Below, one piece after another: positions 17,620 to 27,904 of a stretch of 64,000 bases of DNA. Position 1 is the first letter of the stretch. Every line of letters starts with the position of its first letter. The notes below the pieces were generated by a model, which searched no databases, had not been told where the DNA came from, and was given only the letters and a program-made list of their open reading frames with translations. A program made the translations under genes and the position numbers. The stretch comes from an uncultured Clostridia bacterium (GTDB taxonomy: Bacteria; Bacillota; JAAYKD01; CAYOCI01): the NCBI GenBank assembly GCA_964402415.1, contig CAYOCI010000005.1, forward strand, positions 15,267 to 79,266. The letters run 5' to 3'.

Positions 17620-18252
17620 TCATCGTACGTACGCCTTATTCTCTTCTTCGACCCAATCCACGCGCCTGCTTAGCTTGTTAATGGCCTCGATTGTAGCTCG
17701 GAGCGGCACCCACATCACACCGTCAATTTCACGTGTCTTGAGTATAGTATCACCGATCTGCGCGATCGGCGCTTCGTACAGCGCTCTCTCGACAGTTGCG
17801 ATCAGGTCAAAGTCATCCATGATGCTGATGACCTTCCGTGCATATGATGGGTCCGTGGCGTATCCGGCCAGAGTAATGGCTTCAATGTAGGACACCGGGT
17901 TACCCCTGACCGCCATGGCAGGGGCATACCTCTCGGCCTGGGTTATCAGCTCAGCGTAGTCAGCGAAGCTCTCCTCATAGCTGTGGTAACACCGGAACTG
18001 GCTCGGGATACTTACGTCTTGGCCGTTAATGTGCTCCCAGGCACGCACCTCCACAAGACCCGCGGGGCCTTCGCCCTTTATGTTGAACAGATTGTGGCTC
18101 GACTGACCATCAGGGCGCTGAAGTACCGCCGGTCCCCATCCCGTTTCCAGTGCAGCCTGGGCAATCATGGCCGCTGCTGGCAAACCGTAGCGACGCTGGA
18201 CGGCCGTAGCGTGGGGGAGCAGTTGGGCGATGAAGTCTTTAGGCGCCATGTG
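17620..18252 (-). CDS. endolysin, glucosaminidase (GH73, FlgJ-like) domain
   Basis: AQAALETGWG...SHNLFNIKG motif. RBS AAAGGTGA. Start overlaps the holin stop. Confidence 0.75.
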   Translation of the reverse strand, partial: HMAPKDFIAQLLPHATAVQRRYGLPAAAMIAQAALETGWGPAVLQRPDGQSSHNLFNIKGEGPAGLVEVRAWEHINGQDVSIPSQFRCYHSYEESFADYAELITQAERYAPAMAVRGNPVSYIEAITLAGYATDPSYARKVISIMDDFDLIATVERALYEAPIAQIGDTILKTREIDGVMWVPLRATIEAINKLSRRVDWVEEENKAYVR

Positions 18253-18682
18253 TCTCACCTTTACTCTTACCCTGCAGCACCTCAACGGCCTGCATGATGA
18301 TGGGCGGGATGGGCACCCCAATGGTCCCTAGGTTCTCGATCCCGCTTAACAACTCATTGGCTAGGTAGAAGAAGACCGCGGCGTCGCGGATCAGGTGAGC
18401 ATCGCCCAGCACAGCATCCACGTGGTGTCCCATGGCCACAACAACGAAGATGCCGATCTTCTTCGCGATCCCCTTGAAGCCGACAGAGCTATTCAGCTTA
18501 CCATGTATGGCTGCGGCGGTTACGCCCGTTACGTAGTCGACTACTACGAACAGCAGCAGTGTCTTCAGCAACGGACTCCACCCCCCAAGCAGGTAGGTAA
18601 TTGCGGCACCACCAACAGCTACCGGAGCAGCTGCGTCGACCCGCACCGATGGTCGGATGAACTCGACAATCTTGGCAAACAC
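18239..18682 (-). CDS. phage holin
   Basis: 147 aa with 3 TM segments and a charged C-terminus, immediately upstream of and overlapping the endolysin gene. Confidence 0.65.
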   Translation of the reverse strand: MFAKIVEFIRPSVRVDAAAPVAVGGAAITYLLGGWSPLLKTLLLFVVVDYVTGVTAAAIHGKLNSSVGFKGIAKKIGIFVVVAMGHHVDAVLGDAHLIRDAAVFFYLANELLSGIENLGTIGVPIPPIIMQAVEVLQGKSKGETHGA

Positions 18683-18724
18683 CTTTCCACCCCCATGAAG
18701 AAGGCGGCCACATGCGTGACCGCC

Positions 18725-19492
18725 TTACTTTGTTATGATAATGCTCTCCCCGTCCCAGTGGACGGGATGACCGAGCAGCTGAGCAACGGCCCTGAGCGGG
18801 ACCAGCGTCCTGCCATCCTCGACTCGCGGCGCCTTGTCTAGCTCAATGATCTCACCTGCCCGATACGCACATCGGTGACCGGGGCGTAGAGCCACGACAC
18901 CAGGAACAAGCGACAGCATCCACTCCCGTAGGCCGGGAGCCTGCCAATCGAGCCCCTGCCGGTGCGGTGCGTCGCGGTAGTCTGGTGCAAACAACATCCT
19001 CCAGGACTCCGCGAATGCCTCGTGGGCGCTGTTGTCGTATCGATCGTTCGCGAATGTAGAACCTTGCATGGCCTGGTAGTTCAGCCAGAGACCCCGGAGC
19101 TCTCCATACCTGGTCACCATCCCCGCTTTTGCGTGGACAGCGTGACCGATCTCATGGGCAAGCGTCTTCAGGGCCGATCGTAGAGCCCCATCCCGGCTCA
19201 CGAACGAGACCAGGTCGAGCGCTCCCATGTAGATCGCTCCCGATGGCATGGTGACGCCATCCGCAAGCACGAAGCTACCGTTGATCCGGTCGAGCGTGAA
19301 CGGCAGTAGGTAGATCTCCAAATCTGGCAGCGGGTAATTGGTAGCGATGCGGTCCACGGCGGCCCGCACGTCAGCAACGGTTAAGGGCTCCACTCGATGA
19401 GCAGACCCCTCTAGGCTGAAGCCCTCGCGGTAGATCGCGAGGCTGTTAGCGTCGATCTGGAAGGCATCGGTGACTAGCTCGATGTTGATCAT
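18725..19492 (-). CDS. zinc metallopeptidase (HEIGH) with C-terminal copper-amine-oxidase-N-like cell-wall-binding domain
   Basis: LAHEIGHAVH motif. C-terminal LVPLRAVAQLLGHPVHWDGESIIITK. RBS GAGGGGGTG. Confidence 0.55.
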   Translation of the reverse strand: MINIELVTDAFQIDANSLAIYREGFSLEGSAHRVEPLTVADVRAAVDRIATNYPLPDLEIYLLPFTLDRINGSFVLADGVTMPSGAIYMGALDLVSFVSRDGALRSALKTLAHEIGHAVHAKAGMVTRYGELRGLWLNYQAMQGSTFANDRYDNSAHEAFAESWRMLFAPDYRDAPHRQGLDWQAPGLREWMLSLVPGVVALRPGHRCAYRAGEIIELDKAPRVEDGRTLVPLRAVAQLLGHPVHWDGESIIITK

Positions 19493-19536
19493 GGTTGCAC
19501 CCCCTCTCGCGGGCATAAAAAGGACCGCGTAGGCGG

Positions 19537-19938
19537 CTAAACAAGCACCTTCTCGAGCAGTAGGTCGAACACCTCATCATCGGCGTAAGATGTGACCAAT
19601 CTCTGAGTCTCTGCTGCTGCAATCTGATCGGCATTGCCCGGCAGGATAGGCACGAACCCGATCTCACCAGGCATGTAGGGCTGGATTGTGCGAACTGCGC
19701 CGTCCACCCTAATCAGATAGGCTACTCCACCCACTGGGGAGGGATGATGAAACCTGATGGTTTCTGCAGGGATGCCGTTGACTGATGATACTCCATCCCA
19801 GATCTCATGAGACACACGAGCAGAATGTTTGGCTTGGATTGGAGCTTGGTCGATTGTGGCAAGAGCGGTATCGACCTCAGTGAGCGTCTTCTGAACGCCT
19901 AGTTCATTGAGCCTCTTCCATGCAGTGAGTTTGTCCAT
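19537..19938 (-). CDS. hypothetical phage protein
   Basis: 133-aa ORF in the tail/lysis region; no motif. Confidence 0.4.
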   Translation of the reverse strand: MDKLTAWKRLNELGVQKTLTEVDTALATIDQAPIQAKHSARVSHEIWDGVSSVNGIPAETIRFHHPSPVGGVAYLIRVDGAVRTIQPYMPGEIGFVPILPGNADQIAAAETQRLVTSYADDEVFDLLLEKVLV

Positions 19939-19952
19939 CGTTCGTTCCTCCT

Positions 19953-21077
19953 TTAATAGCTCACAAGTTTTACTGAGATGGGGCTTGTGAACGACATCTT
20001 CCAGTCTTTCCTTAGCCTTAGGTTAACTACAGGGCCAATCTCCGTATTTGCAGATACAGTGAGCGCTCCCGTGAAGTCGTCGTCCATAGAAAAAGTGCCA
20101 TCACTGCCGATGGTGTTTTTGCACTTAAAGAACACGACTCCTGGAATGGTCAGCATCACCTCTCCAATCGAGAAGTTAGGATCATACACAACAACTGCTT
20201 GTGGTGCTGCGTTCAGTGCACCGGTAACAAGAAACTTGCTACCGTCAAAAAACACCTGGGTCAAATAGCCATCATTTGGTCCCTTCTTTGTCTCCCATGA
20301 GTTAGCAACTGCATCATACACGGCTATCCTATTGTTGTTGTAGAAGAACCACGCCTTATTATCGACAACAGTGGCTCTCGCAAAAGCATAACCATCAGGT
20401 GCTTCGGCTATCTGAACCCATGAGTTTGTGACATGATCATATTTGTGGCACAAGGTATATGACCCGCTTGATGGTGCACCACCTGCAACGTATAAGTAAC
20501 CTCCATGAACAAAGTGCCCTGGAACCCTCACAGCTTTAGGGTATGCCGCTTTGCCAGATACCCACGTATTAGTGCCAGGGGTATACTCATAGGTTTCTGC
20601 GTAGGGGGTTGAGCCTGATCCTCCAGCAGTTACGTAGAGCTTTCCATTGCCTGCAAAACCGCAGGCTGGATTTTGCTTTTGTCCACCCGGCATGATCGCC
20701 TTCGAAGACCAGGTGTTTGTTTGCACATTGTAAACAGTAACCGCCGCAGCTGTTGAGGAGTCGCCGTTTACGCAATAAACCTCATTGCCATTTACAGCAA
20801 CTGATCCTGTCGATTGGCCTATAGAGTCCGTTGCCACAGATGTCCACAGGTTGGTTAATGGGTCATACACTTCTCCAACGCCAGTATCAACTGTGGTGTA
20901 TCCTTTCAAGACGTAGAACTTGCCTCCAACTGCGGCAGAAAAGCAGTTTTTAGTGGAGTTAGCTCTGACAGGAGCAGTCTGTGGTGTGCCAGCAGATACA
21001 TCCCAGAACTTGCGACTTGGCAGCTCTTTGACCCTGCGATATGTCCTGCGAACCTCGTTATAGATATGGTCACTCAT
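19953..21077 (-). CDS. Kelch-repeat beta-propeller protein (candidate receptor-binding / tail fibre)
   Basis: Repeated GG.FYV..G...Y.P.TN.W blades. ATGA start/stop coupling with the upstream gene at 21074..21077. Confidence 0.55.
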   Translation of the reverse strand: MSDHIYNEVRRTYRRVKELPSRKFWDVSAGTPQTAPVRANSTKNCFSAAVGGKFYVLKGYTTVDTGVGEVYDPLTNLWTSVATDSIGQSTGSVAVNGNEVYCVNGDSSTAAAVTVYNVQTNTWSSKAIMPGGQKQNPACGFAGNGKLYVTAGGSGSTPYAETYEYTPGTNTWVSGKAAYPKAVRVPGHFVHGGYLYVAGGAPSSGSYTLCHKYDHVTNSWVQIAEAPDGYAFARATVVDNKAWFFYNNNRIAVYDAVANSWETKKGPNDGYLTQVFFDGSKFLVTGALNAAPQAVVVYDPNFSIGEVMLTIPGVVFFKCKNTIGSDGTFSMDDDFTGALTVSANTEIGPVVNLRLRKDWKMSFTSPISVKLVSY

Positions 21078-21430
21078 ACAACCACCGCCCTTGTCGTGCC
21101 TATCCAATCTCCGTTCGCCTCATAGCTCAGCGTGTCAGTAACCTCGCCGATCACCGTCGCACCGTCATCGTCATAGACCCTGATGTTGACGGACGTCAGA
21201 TCATCTCCGGTGTAGGTGTAGGTCCGGCGCCGTAGCAGTTTGCCGCCGACGAGCTCATCGATGCGGTCGACATCGCCCGTGCCTTGGTTGTAGGTTGGGG
21301 TCTTGGTGATGCCGCCCCACGGAAGATCACCCGACTGGTAGTAAGCCTCCCAGACCCCCTGATTTACCCCGTTTCCCCAATCGGGCACAATGGTTTCGCC
21401 GTCGACTACCGGCATTGAGCGATACACCAT
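21074..21430 (-). CDS. hypothetical tail-region protein
   Basis: 118 aa, coupled to neighbours. Confidence 0.4.
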   Translation of the reverse strand: MVYRSMPVVDGETIVPDWGNGVNQGVWEAYYQSGDLPWGGITKTPTYNQGTGDVDRIDELVGGKLLRRRTYTYTGDDLTSVNIRVYDDDGATVIGEVTDTLSYEANGDWIGTTRAVVV

Positions 21431-21442
21431 ATCACCGCCTCC

Positions 21443-21886
21443 TTATGCATTCTGAAGCCCAATCTCCCAGGTCACTGTGGCTGTCCGCTTACCATCCTTG
21501 GCCTCAGTAACCAATGCCCTGGCCAGCAGTACGCCGCTGCTAGGCTCATCGGTGCCGCCCGCGATCAGGCCGATCTCCGACCACGGGAAGTTTGCCTCTG
21601 CCTCCGAGAAGAACGCCTCGATGACTGCGGCACCCTCGTCCCTGCTGATACTGGTGATCGCCTTCCTGGCTCGCTCGTTGCCCAGCACTACATCTCCGAG
21701 GCTTATAGGCTGTGCGCCGTCACCCACGGCCACATGAGTAGGCACAGAGGTTGGGAGTCCGGACACCAGATCGAGCACCCAATCTAGCCCAGCTTTGAGC
21801 ATCTTGTTCCGGTATAAATGCAAGTGACCATCCAGGCGGATGGTCACGTTTGGTTTGACGGTGATCACGACACGCTCACCCCCCAC
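21443..21886 (-). CDS. hypothetical tail-region protein
   Basis: 147 aa. Confidence 0.4.
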   Translation of the reverse strand: MGGERVVITVKPNVTIRLDGHLHLYRNKMLKAGLDWVLDLVSGLPTSVPTHVAVGDGAQPISLGDVVLGNERARKAITSISRDEGAAVIEAFFSEAEANFPWSEIGLIAGGTDEPSSGVLLARALVTEAKDGKRTATVTWEIGLQNA

Positions 21887-24800
21887 GGCTTTTCACCCCA
21901 TCTAGTCCGGCCCCAGAAGCTAATGCCACCTCTGACTCCTTCATGCACCTGACCAATACTGTTGTTCTTTGGGCCCATTTCGGCCGTGCTAGCATCTCGT
22001 AGCAATATCCTCTGGCTAGAAGCGTAGACCCGCGCCATGCCGGCAGTCTTCCAGGTCACGGCAGTGACCTCGCCCATCTCTGCGTCATCCTGCTCCAGAT
22101 CGTAGATCTGGCCGGCAGCAGTAGCGATCACCGACACGGCCAAATTGGCTGGATCGCGCAAAATGCGCTGTACTGCGATATCGTCTGACCGCTGCGATGA
22201 CTCAAGGCTGGCTAGTCTCCGGGAGAACTCTCTTAACCGCTCAGCGATCCGCGCTTCCGGGCTATCGGCTACGTTCAAGGTGACACGACGCCGGACTGTT
22301 GCCCCTTCAATCCATTTCTCCATCTCCAGGATCTCATAGAGCCCCTGGGTGCCATAGGCAGGCATATCCACCGTCACAAACTGACCGGCACGTAATCCCG
22401 GCACCAATACCTCGCAGGAGCCATACCCGCGCGGCCAGGCCGACTGCCGGAGCTGTGCCCGTCCTACCTCGCGCGCCGTTCGCACGTCACTGATCTTGCT
22501 GTCCGTCACTACAGCCTCTGACAGTCCAAACGTCGCGATACTCTGATCATCAGTGAGATGCACCAGGATAGGATAGGCGTATGAATAGTGCGCCTCGATG
22601 ACAGCCCCCTGAGACGGCTTATTGTCGTCGCGCCAAGCGAGTTGTTGGTCCTGATAGTTGACCATTACATCGTAGTCAACAACGTTATGCAGCCCCTGAA
22701 TGCCAACCGTCTGAGCAATCCCGCCGACTAGTACGACTATGCCAGACTCCTGGTCGGCCGGTCTGTGCGGTTTGTAGGACAGTCGATAGACTGTCTTCTC
22801 GCCATCGGCCACCAGGCGCTCGGCATAGGGCGCGGATCGACCATCGCCACCGAACACATAGATGCTGTTCTTGATCTGCTCATCCTGGCCAAACCTTGCG
22901 GTATTGGCAACCACGTTGCGGTTCACCCGGGAAAGGGTCACCGGCGACACTGCGGATGATGGCGGGAAGAACCTGAGGATTAGATCGGCGCCGTCCCAGT
23001 CAACAAACCAGACCCAGCCGAGCAGCTGCGCTAGTTGCTCGGTAGCTTCAAACAATGAGTCGTAATTGATGCGATAGAGGTCGATGCGTCGATCAGTCGC
23101 TGCTACCTGGTCTAGCCGAATGGGCTTGCCAAAGTACTTGCTCCACATGTGACGTACGAGCTGGTCCAGGGTCCCGCTGGCGGACGTGTAGACCTCTTGC
23201 ACAAAGATATCCTGAGCAGCGGCTGTCCAATCATCAACTGTGATCTGAAGCTCAGTGGTGATCGCGCCCCTGGCTCGCACCGGGTTGCCCACGATCCTGC
23301 CGGAGAAGAAGTCTGTGCCATCCCCGTCCAGCAGATAAACCCGAACCTCAGCGCGCTGCCGGGCTAGAGCCAGCACCTCCGGGCTGGGGTTGGGTATGCC
23401 GAATGAACAGGTGCCAACCCGCTCGCTGGCACTGTGATGCACTCGGAGGCCGGACACCGGCACCTGCATGCCCTGGATGAGTACCTGTTGCAGCACTCGC
23501 AACACCCTCCCCCGCACCCGGTCTAGCACGCCAAAACGATCTGGATCGAGCCCCATGACCGCCCGCAGCCTACCCTCGTCGATGATACCCACCATGTCAT
23601 CTGGTAGCTGCCTGCCAGCAGCCAGACCCAAGAGCTCAGCCAGGCTAGCCGCCTCTGCCTGGGCTGCACGGATGCTGAGCACTGTCTGATCCGTAAGCTC
23701 GACGTCGTCCGGGAACAACTTAGCCACCGCTGCCCGAGTTGCATCAATGCTGGCCAGCAGATCATCTACCTGGCGCGCCATCCTGAGTGCGGCCACCAGC
23801 GCATCGGCAACTGGCTGCGCTTCTGCCGGCGAGCTGCCGGTGTAGGCCGCTAACTGTTCGACCAAGTCGATAGCCCCAGCCTGTACCGCCCGAACCACAG
23901 CCTGCAGCTGCTGGTCAGTGAAGCCTAGGAGCTCGGCAACATGCGGTCTAGCCGCCGCGACAACGGCATCGAGTAAGGCGGCGCTGTCCATGGCACCTAT
24001 GCTGGCCTGGGATGTGATCAGATCAGCCGGGGCCAGCATGTCCGCAAGCACGGCCCCCGCGGACATGCGCAGATCGTCCAGTAGCACCGCGCCCTCAGCC
24101 GCGTCGCGCCGCACGGTAATGGCGGCCATGACCGCGTCCGCCATGGTTGCGGCATCATCCCGGGCTCCCAGAGAGGCCAGGAAGGCCAGCGCCTCGACAA
24201 GGGGCGCATCGTCCAACACAAGCAACCCCGCCCTGGCGATAATCGCATCAACCAGAGCCGCAGCATCGGCGACCACCTGGCCAATTCTGAGCAGGGCGGC
24301 ATCGTCCAGCGCCATGACATCCGCCACCAAGCTGGCCATCACCGCCCGCGAGTCATCACCTGCGGCCAGTAGTTCGCCAACCAAAGCACCAATGGCCAGC
24401 CTGACCAGGCTGTCAGTGCCCAGGAGAGCATCCGCGGACATCACGCCAGCGACAGCCCTCAGTAGCTCGTCGGTAGCGGATAGGAGATCGGTGGCCTGCG
24501 AACGAGCCTGTGAAGCGAGATCATCTGCTGCTGCCACCATGTCACCCGAGCGCGTCTGCGGGCGGGCACTCGCTGAATCAGCGATAATCGCCTGATCAAC
24601 GCTCTGCAATCGGGCACGGGCACGCAGCTCGTCGGCTATGTCAGCCACATCCTGCGCCAGTAGAGCAACGCCCCGGGCTATGCTCACCTGGTCAGTGACG
24701 CCGAGTGGATCGCCGGTAGACCCTCCGAACACGCTGGAGCCCCAAACACCCTGCCCCCAGCGCGCGGGGATGGGGCGATAAGCCTGCATGGCCGATCTGA

Positions 24801-25725
24801 TATCATCCGTAAGCCCAAGCAAGTCACCCACCGTGCGCTTGATTGTTATCCTTAGGCCATCGGTGGTCTCGCCCGCATCGGCCAGCGAGCTGCCGGCCGC
24901 CGCCCTGATGCCGTCTAGAGTGTCCAGTAGGTCAGCCACGAACCTACCCATACGCCGCACCAAGCGATCGGCGAGACCGGAAGAATCACCCTCGAGCGAT
25001 GTGCCGAGGGCAACAGCAAGCCCGTCCAGCACTCCGCTGTACTCGTTGACACCCAGGATAACCAGGTTGACCAGGTCATCAGCCAGCGCCAGCGCCTCGT
25101 CCTCTGCATCCCTGGCCACAGCTGCCGCGATCCCGTCTAGCAACGCGAGCATGTCGTCGCGTTGCAGCCCCGTGCCCGCTGCAATCTCATCGGCCAGGGT
25201 AATCTGATCTATTCGGTAGGCAGCGACGGCAGCCGCGATCATGTCGGCCACCGATGCGGAATCGCCCAGACTCAGCCGTGCCGCTGCGCTTGTGGCGTCA
25301 GACACGGCGAGCTGATCACCGGGCCGCAGTCGCACCAAGGACTGAAGCAGATCAGGCATATCAACAGCATCACCGCTCAGCGCCTGATCGAGCACCAGAA
25401 GACTATCTGCCAGACCAACGGCGTCAGCAAACAACACCAACGACCGCGGCGAGATACTGACTAGTAGCCCTGCCGCATCGTCACGAAGCACACCAACAGA
25501 TACCCGCAGCGCGTTCGCGAGCACCAGAGCATCGGCCTTTGCCAGCTTGGCCTGATTGCGGATGCCATCGGCTAGACTAAGGATGGTCTCGGCAATGCGC
25601 GGCCGCGGACGCTTGGAGAGCGCATCAGCCAGGACCAGGGCGTCGGCAGCGCTCTGCTTGCGCAGCACGACGCCCCATTTGGCCTGGCCCCACTTTTCAA
25701 CACCCCAGCCATGATCTATTGGCAC
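21865..25725 (-). CDS. large phage tail protein (host-specificity / tail-tip type) with Ala/Leu/Asp-rich degenerate repeats
   Basis: 1286 aa. GTG start preceded by GGAGGAGGTGA. Long repetitive ..LADA..LLD.. central region. Confidence 0.65.
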   Translation of the reverse strand: MPIDHGWGVEKWGQAKWGVVLRKQSAADALVLADALSKRPRPRIAETILSLADGIRNQAKLAKADALVLANALRVSVGVLRDDAAGLLVSISPRSLVLFADAVGLADSLLVLDQALSGDAVDMPDLLQSLVRLRPGDQLAVSDATSAAARLSLGDSASVADMIAAAVAAYRIDQITLADEIAAGTGLQRDDMLALLDGIAAAVARDAEDEALALADDLVNLVILGVNEYSGVLDGLAVALGTSLEGDSSGLADRLVRRMGRFVADLLDTLDGIRAAAGSSLADAGETTDGLRITIKRTVGDLLGLTDDIRSAMQAYRPIPARWGQGVWGSSVFGGSTGDPLGVTDQVSIARGVALLAQDVADIADELRARARLQSVDQAIIADSASARPQTRSGDMVAAADDLASQARSQATDLLSATDELLRAVAGVMSADALLGTDSLVRLAIGALVGELLAAGDDSRAVMASLVADVMALDDAALLRIGQVVADAAALVDAIIARAGLLVLDDAPLVEALAFLASLGARDDAATMADAVMAAITVRRDAAEGAVLLDDLRMSAGAVLADMLAPADLITSQASIGAMDSAALLDAVVAAARPHVAELLGFTDQQLQAVVRAVQAGAIDLVEQLAAYTGSSPAEAQPVADALVAALRMARQVDDLLASIDATRAAVAKLFPDDVELTDQTVLSIRAAQAEAASLAELLGLAAGRQLPDDMVGIIDEGRLRAVMGLDPDRFGVLDRVRGRVLRVLQQVLIQGMQVPVSGLRVHHSASERVGTCSFGIPNPSPEVLALARQRAEVRVYLLDGDGTDFFSGRIVGNPVRARGAITTELQITVDDWTAAAQDIFVQEVYTSASGTLDQLVRHMWSKYFGKPIRLDQVAATDRRIDLYRINYDSLFEATEQLAQLLGWVWFVDWDGADLILRFFPPSSAVSPVTLSRVNRNVVANTARFGQDEQIKNSIYVFGGDGRSAPYAERLVADGEKTVYRLSYKPHRPADQESGIVVLVGGIAQTVGIQGLHNVVDYDVMVNYQDQQLAWRDDNKPSQGAVIEAHYSYAYPILVHLTDDQSIATFGLSEAVVTDSKISDVRTAREVGRAQLRQSAWPRGYGSCEVLVPGLRAGQFVTVDMPAYGTQGLYEILEMEKWIEGATVRRRVTLNVADSPEARIAERLREFSRRLASLESSQRSDDIAVQRILRDPANLAVSVIATAAGQIYDLEQDDAEMGEVTAVTWKTAGMARVYASSQRILLRDASTAEMGPKNNSIGQVHEGVRGGISFWGRTRWGEKPWGVSVS

Positions 25726-25773
25726 GTGCTCACCTCCTCCGGGCAGCAAGAAGCCGCCCGGGTAGAGCGGCAA

Positions 25774-26220
25774 TTAACCGATGGTGTATGTCCAGGTCAG
25801 CTCAAGCGTGTCGTTGGCACCCTTGTTGATGGCCGCGAATGTGATGCGGCTATACATCGTCCCCGCAGCGACCGCGGTGAAGATGCCTGCCTCGGTAATC
25901 GCACCGGTGCCCACGCCGGCGCCGAAAGACCCGACCATCGTCACAACATTGGTGTTGCGCGCTTTGGTGATCGTCTGTCTGGCGCCGACCTCGGTCACCA
26001 ATGCGGTGTTGCCATCAGCCGGCGCGGTAGTCCCGGTGCCAATACCCATATGTGTCGGCTTGGGCAGAGTAGGCGCAGCCAGCAGCTGATCTGCGATGGC
26101 CTGTTTGCCGGTTGCCACGATCAGGTTGGCCTTGCCCCCACGCATCTCTTTGATCTGTCCGTCCGGGCCGAGTAGCCGCGCCTGCACGACTCCCTTAACC
26201 TTGATTGCGTCCTGTGACAT
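25774..26220 (-). CDS. phage structural protein following the tape measure gene
   Basis: RBS AAGGAGG before MSQDAIKVKG; Gly/Thr/Ala-rich. Confidence 0.45.
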   Translation of the reverse strand: MSQDAIKVKGVVQARLLGPDGQIKEMRGGKANLIVATGKQAIADQLLAAPTLPKPTHMGIGTGTTAPADGNTALVTEVGARQTITKARNTNVVTMVGSFGAGVGTGAITEAGIFTAVAAGTMYSRITFAAINKGANDTLELTWTYTIG

Positions 26221-26239
26221 GTATTCAACCTCCTTAACC

Positions 26240-27898
26240 TTACCTAATGCCGGCACGTCGCAGTGCCGCTGCAATGCGATTACCGGCGTCAGTCCCATCC
26301 TGAAATACATTGTTGTGCACATCTAGCACTAACCCGCCACCACCTGCCATCTGAGCATACGGGTTCTGCCCGGCTGGTACCACTGCTTCGCCCTTATGCA
26401 GTTCCGCGATATAGCCGTCCCATGGAACATACTTGAGCCCGGATGCGTGGCTGCCGTCGATCAGAGGGGCATAGCCGCCAGACCCATAGGAAGGCCCAGG
26501 GCTTCCGCCCATTTCATTCTGACTCTTTCTCCAGAAGAACAGCTTGTCGGTCAACCAGCTCACTTTATCGGCGATCCAACCAGCTATGCCATCCCAGACA
26601 CTCTTCAAGCCGTCCCAAACCATGCCAAACATGGCCTTACCAAGATCGAAGAAGACGCTGAATGAAGCTCGAATCACTCCAAACAAAGCCTCTATCAACT
26701 TGGGCAGGAGTTCCTGCATGCCGTTCCATACACTACTTAGGATCTCTCTGATGCCGTCCCAAGCGCCTTTCCAGTCCCCTCTGAGTATGGCGAGAGCCGT
26801 CTGCAGAATGCCCTTGATCACATCCATAGCCGTGCTGATGATGGTCTGCAGGCCGGCAAGCAGAGGATGCACGATCGCCATGATCTCTTCGCCATGGCTC
26901 TCCCAGAACCGCCTGATACCGTCTAGCGTGCTTTGCACGATCTCGACAAGCAATCGAAATACATCACCAAACCAAGCCTTGAACGCCTCGAAGTATACCT
27001 GGAACTGCTGCCCTGACTCGGTGCTGGTGTCAAACCAGTCCTCAATGACTGCCATGATCGCCTGGACGATCTGGATCGTCGCCTCGGCGACTGTGCTGAC
27101 GACACCGAACACCACCGTGATCACGGACTGGATTTGAGGCATGCGCCCCAGAATGAAGTCGATGAAGACCTGTAGGATCGGCAGGAATTGGTTAGATAGA
27201 TGCATGAACAGAGCCCCGAAGGACGCTTTGAGATCTGCCACGGTATCGCCATATACCACATTGGCCTTGACAGCGTCCTCGGACATAACTAAACCGAGCT
27301 CATCGGCTCGGTTCTTGAGATCCTTCATCCCGTCTGCGCCAGCATTGAGCAGCGGCAACAGCTCGGTATATGACTTGCCTAGGAGATCGCTTCCCAGGGC
27401 GTTGCGGGAGGCTCCTTGCTCCATGTCCGCCAGCCCGGCCATAACCTGATCGAAGATCTCACTCTGGCTCTTTGTCTTGAGATCACTCAGACTGATGCCC
27501 AGTCTGTCAAAGGCAGCGGTGGCCGCCTTGTTGCCATTGACAGCCCCGTCCATGGCGTCTGACAGCTTCTTGATACCGACTTCCAGCTTACCGACATCAG
27601 CACCGCTCTGATCGGCCGCATACTTCCAGCGCTGTAACTCTTCGCGGTTAATCCCAGTGCGTTCGGAGAGTTTGTCGATCTCGTCGGCCGCCTCGGCGGT
27701 CTTGCCAGCCAGTGCGATCAGAGCGGTTACAGCGGTGCCGGCACCAGCAGCTAGGCCTGCGCCCCACTTGGCTGCCGTCCCGATCATCCCGGCGAGCTTG
27801 CCACCAAGTCCGTCGGCCTTCTTGTCCGTGGAGTCGATGCTCTGGTTGGCTTTTTCGTTGTCAATGAAGATCGACCCAAACAGCTTGAAGATCTCCAT
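26240..27898 (-). CDS. tail tape measure protein
   Basis: 552 aa, Ala/Gly-rich N-terminus, coiled-coil and hydrophobic segments. Position after the G/GT chaperone. RBS AGGTGA. Confidence 0.75.
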   Translation of the reverse strand: MEIFKLFGSIFIDNEKANQSIDSTDKKADGLGGKLAGMIGTAAKWGAGLAAGAGTAVTALIALAGKTAEAADEIDKLSERTGINREELQRWKYAADQSGADVGKLEVGIKKLSDAMDGAVNGNKAATAAFDRLGISLSDLKTKSQSEIFDQVMAGLADMEQGASRNALGSDLLGKSYTELLPLLNAGADGMKDLKNRADELGLVMSEDAVKANVVYGDTVADLKASFGALFMHLSNQFLPILQVFIDFILGRMPQIQSVITVVFGVVSTVAEATIQIVQAIMAVIEDWFDTSTESGQQFQVYFEAFKAWFGDVFRLLVEIVQSTLDGIRRFWESHGEEIMAIVHPLLAGLQTIISTAMDVIKGILQTALAILRGDWKGAWDGIREILSSVWNGMQELLPKLIEALFGVIRASFSVFFDLGKAMFGMVWDGLKSVWDGIAGWIADKVSWLTDKLFFWRKSQNEMGGSPGPSYGSGGYAPLIDGSHASGLKYVPWDGYIAELHKGEAVVPAGQNPYAQMAGGGGLVLDVHNNVFQDGTDAGNRIAAALRRAGIR

Positions 27899-27904
27899 CC
27901 GCTA

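Noticed and set aside
23918-24595. 225-aa Ala/Ser-rich + strand ORF and other ORFs inside 21865..25773
   Set aside because: Antisense to the repetitive GC-rich tail-protein gene; low-complexity translation artefacts.
26544-27137. 197-aa + strand ORF
   Set aside because: Antisense to the tape measure gene.
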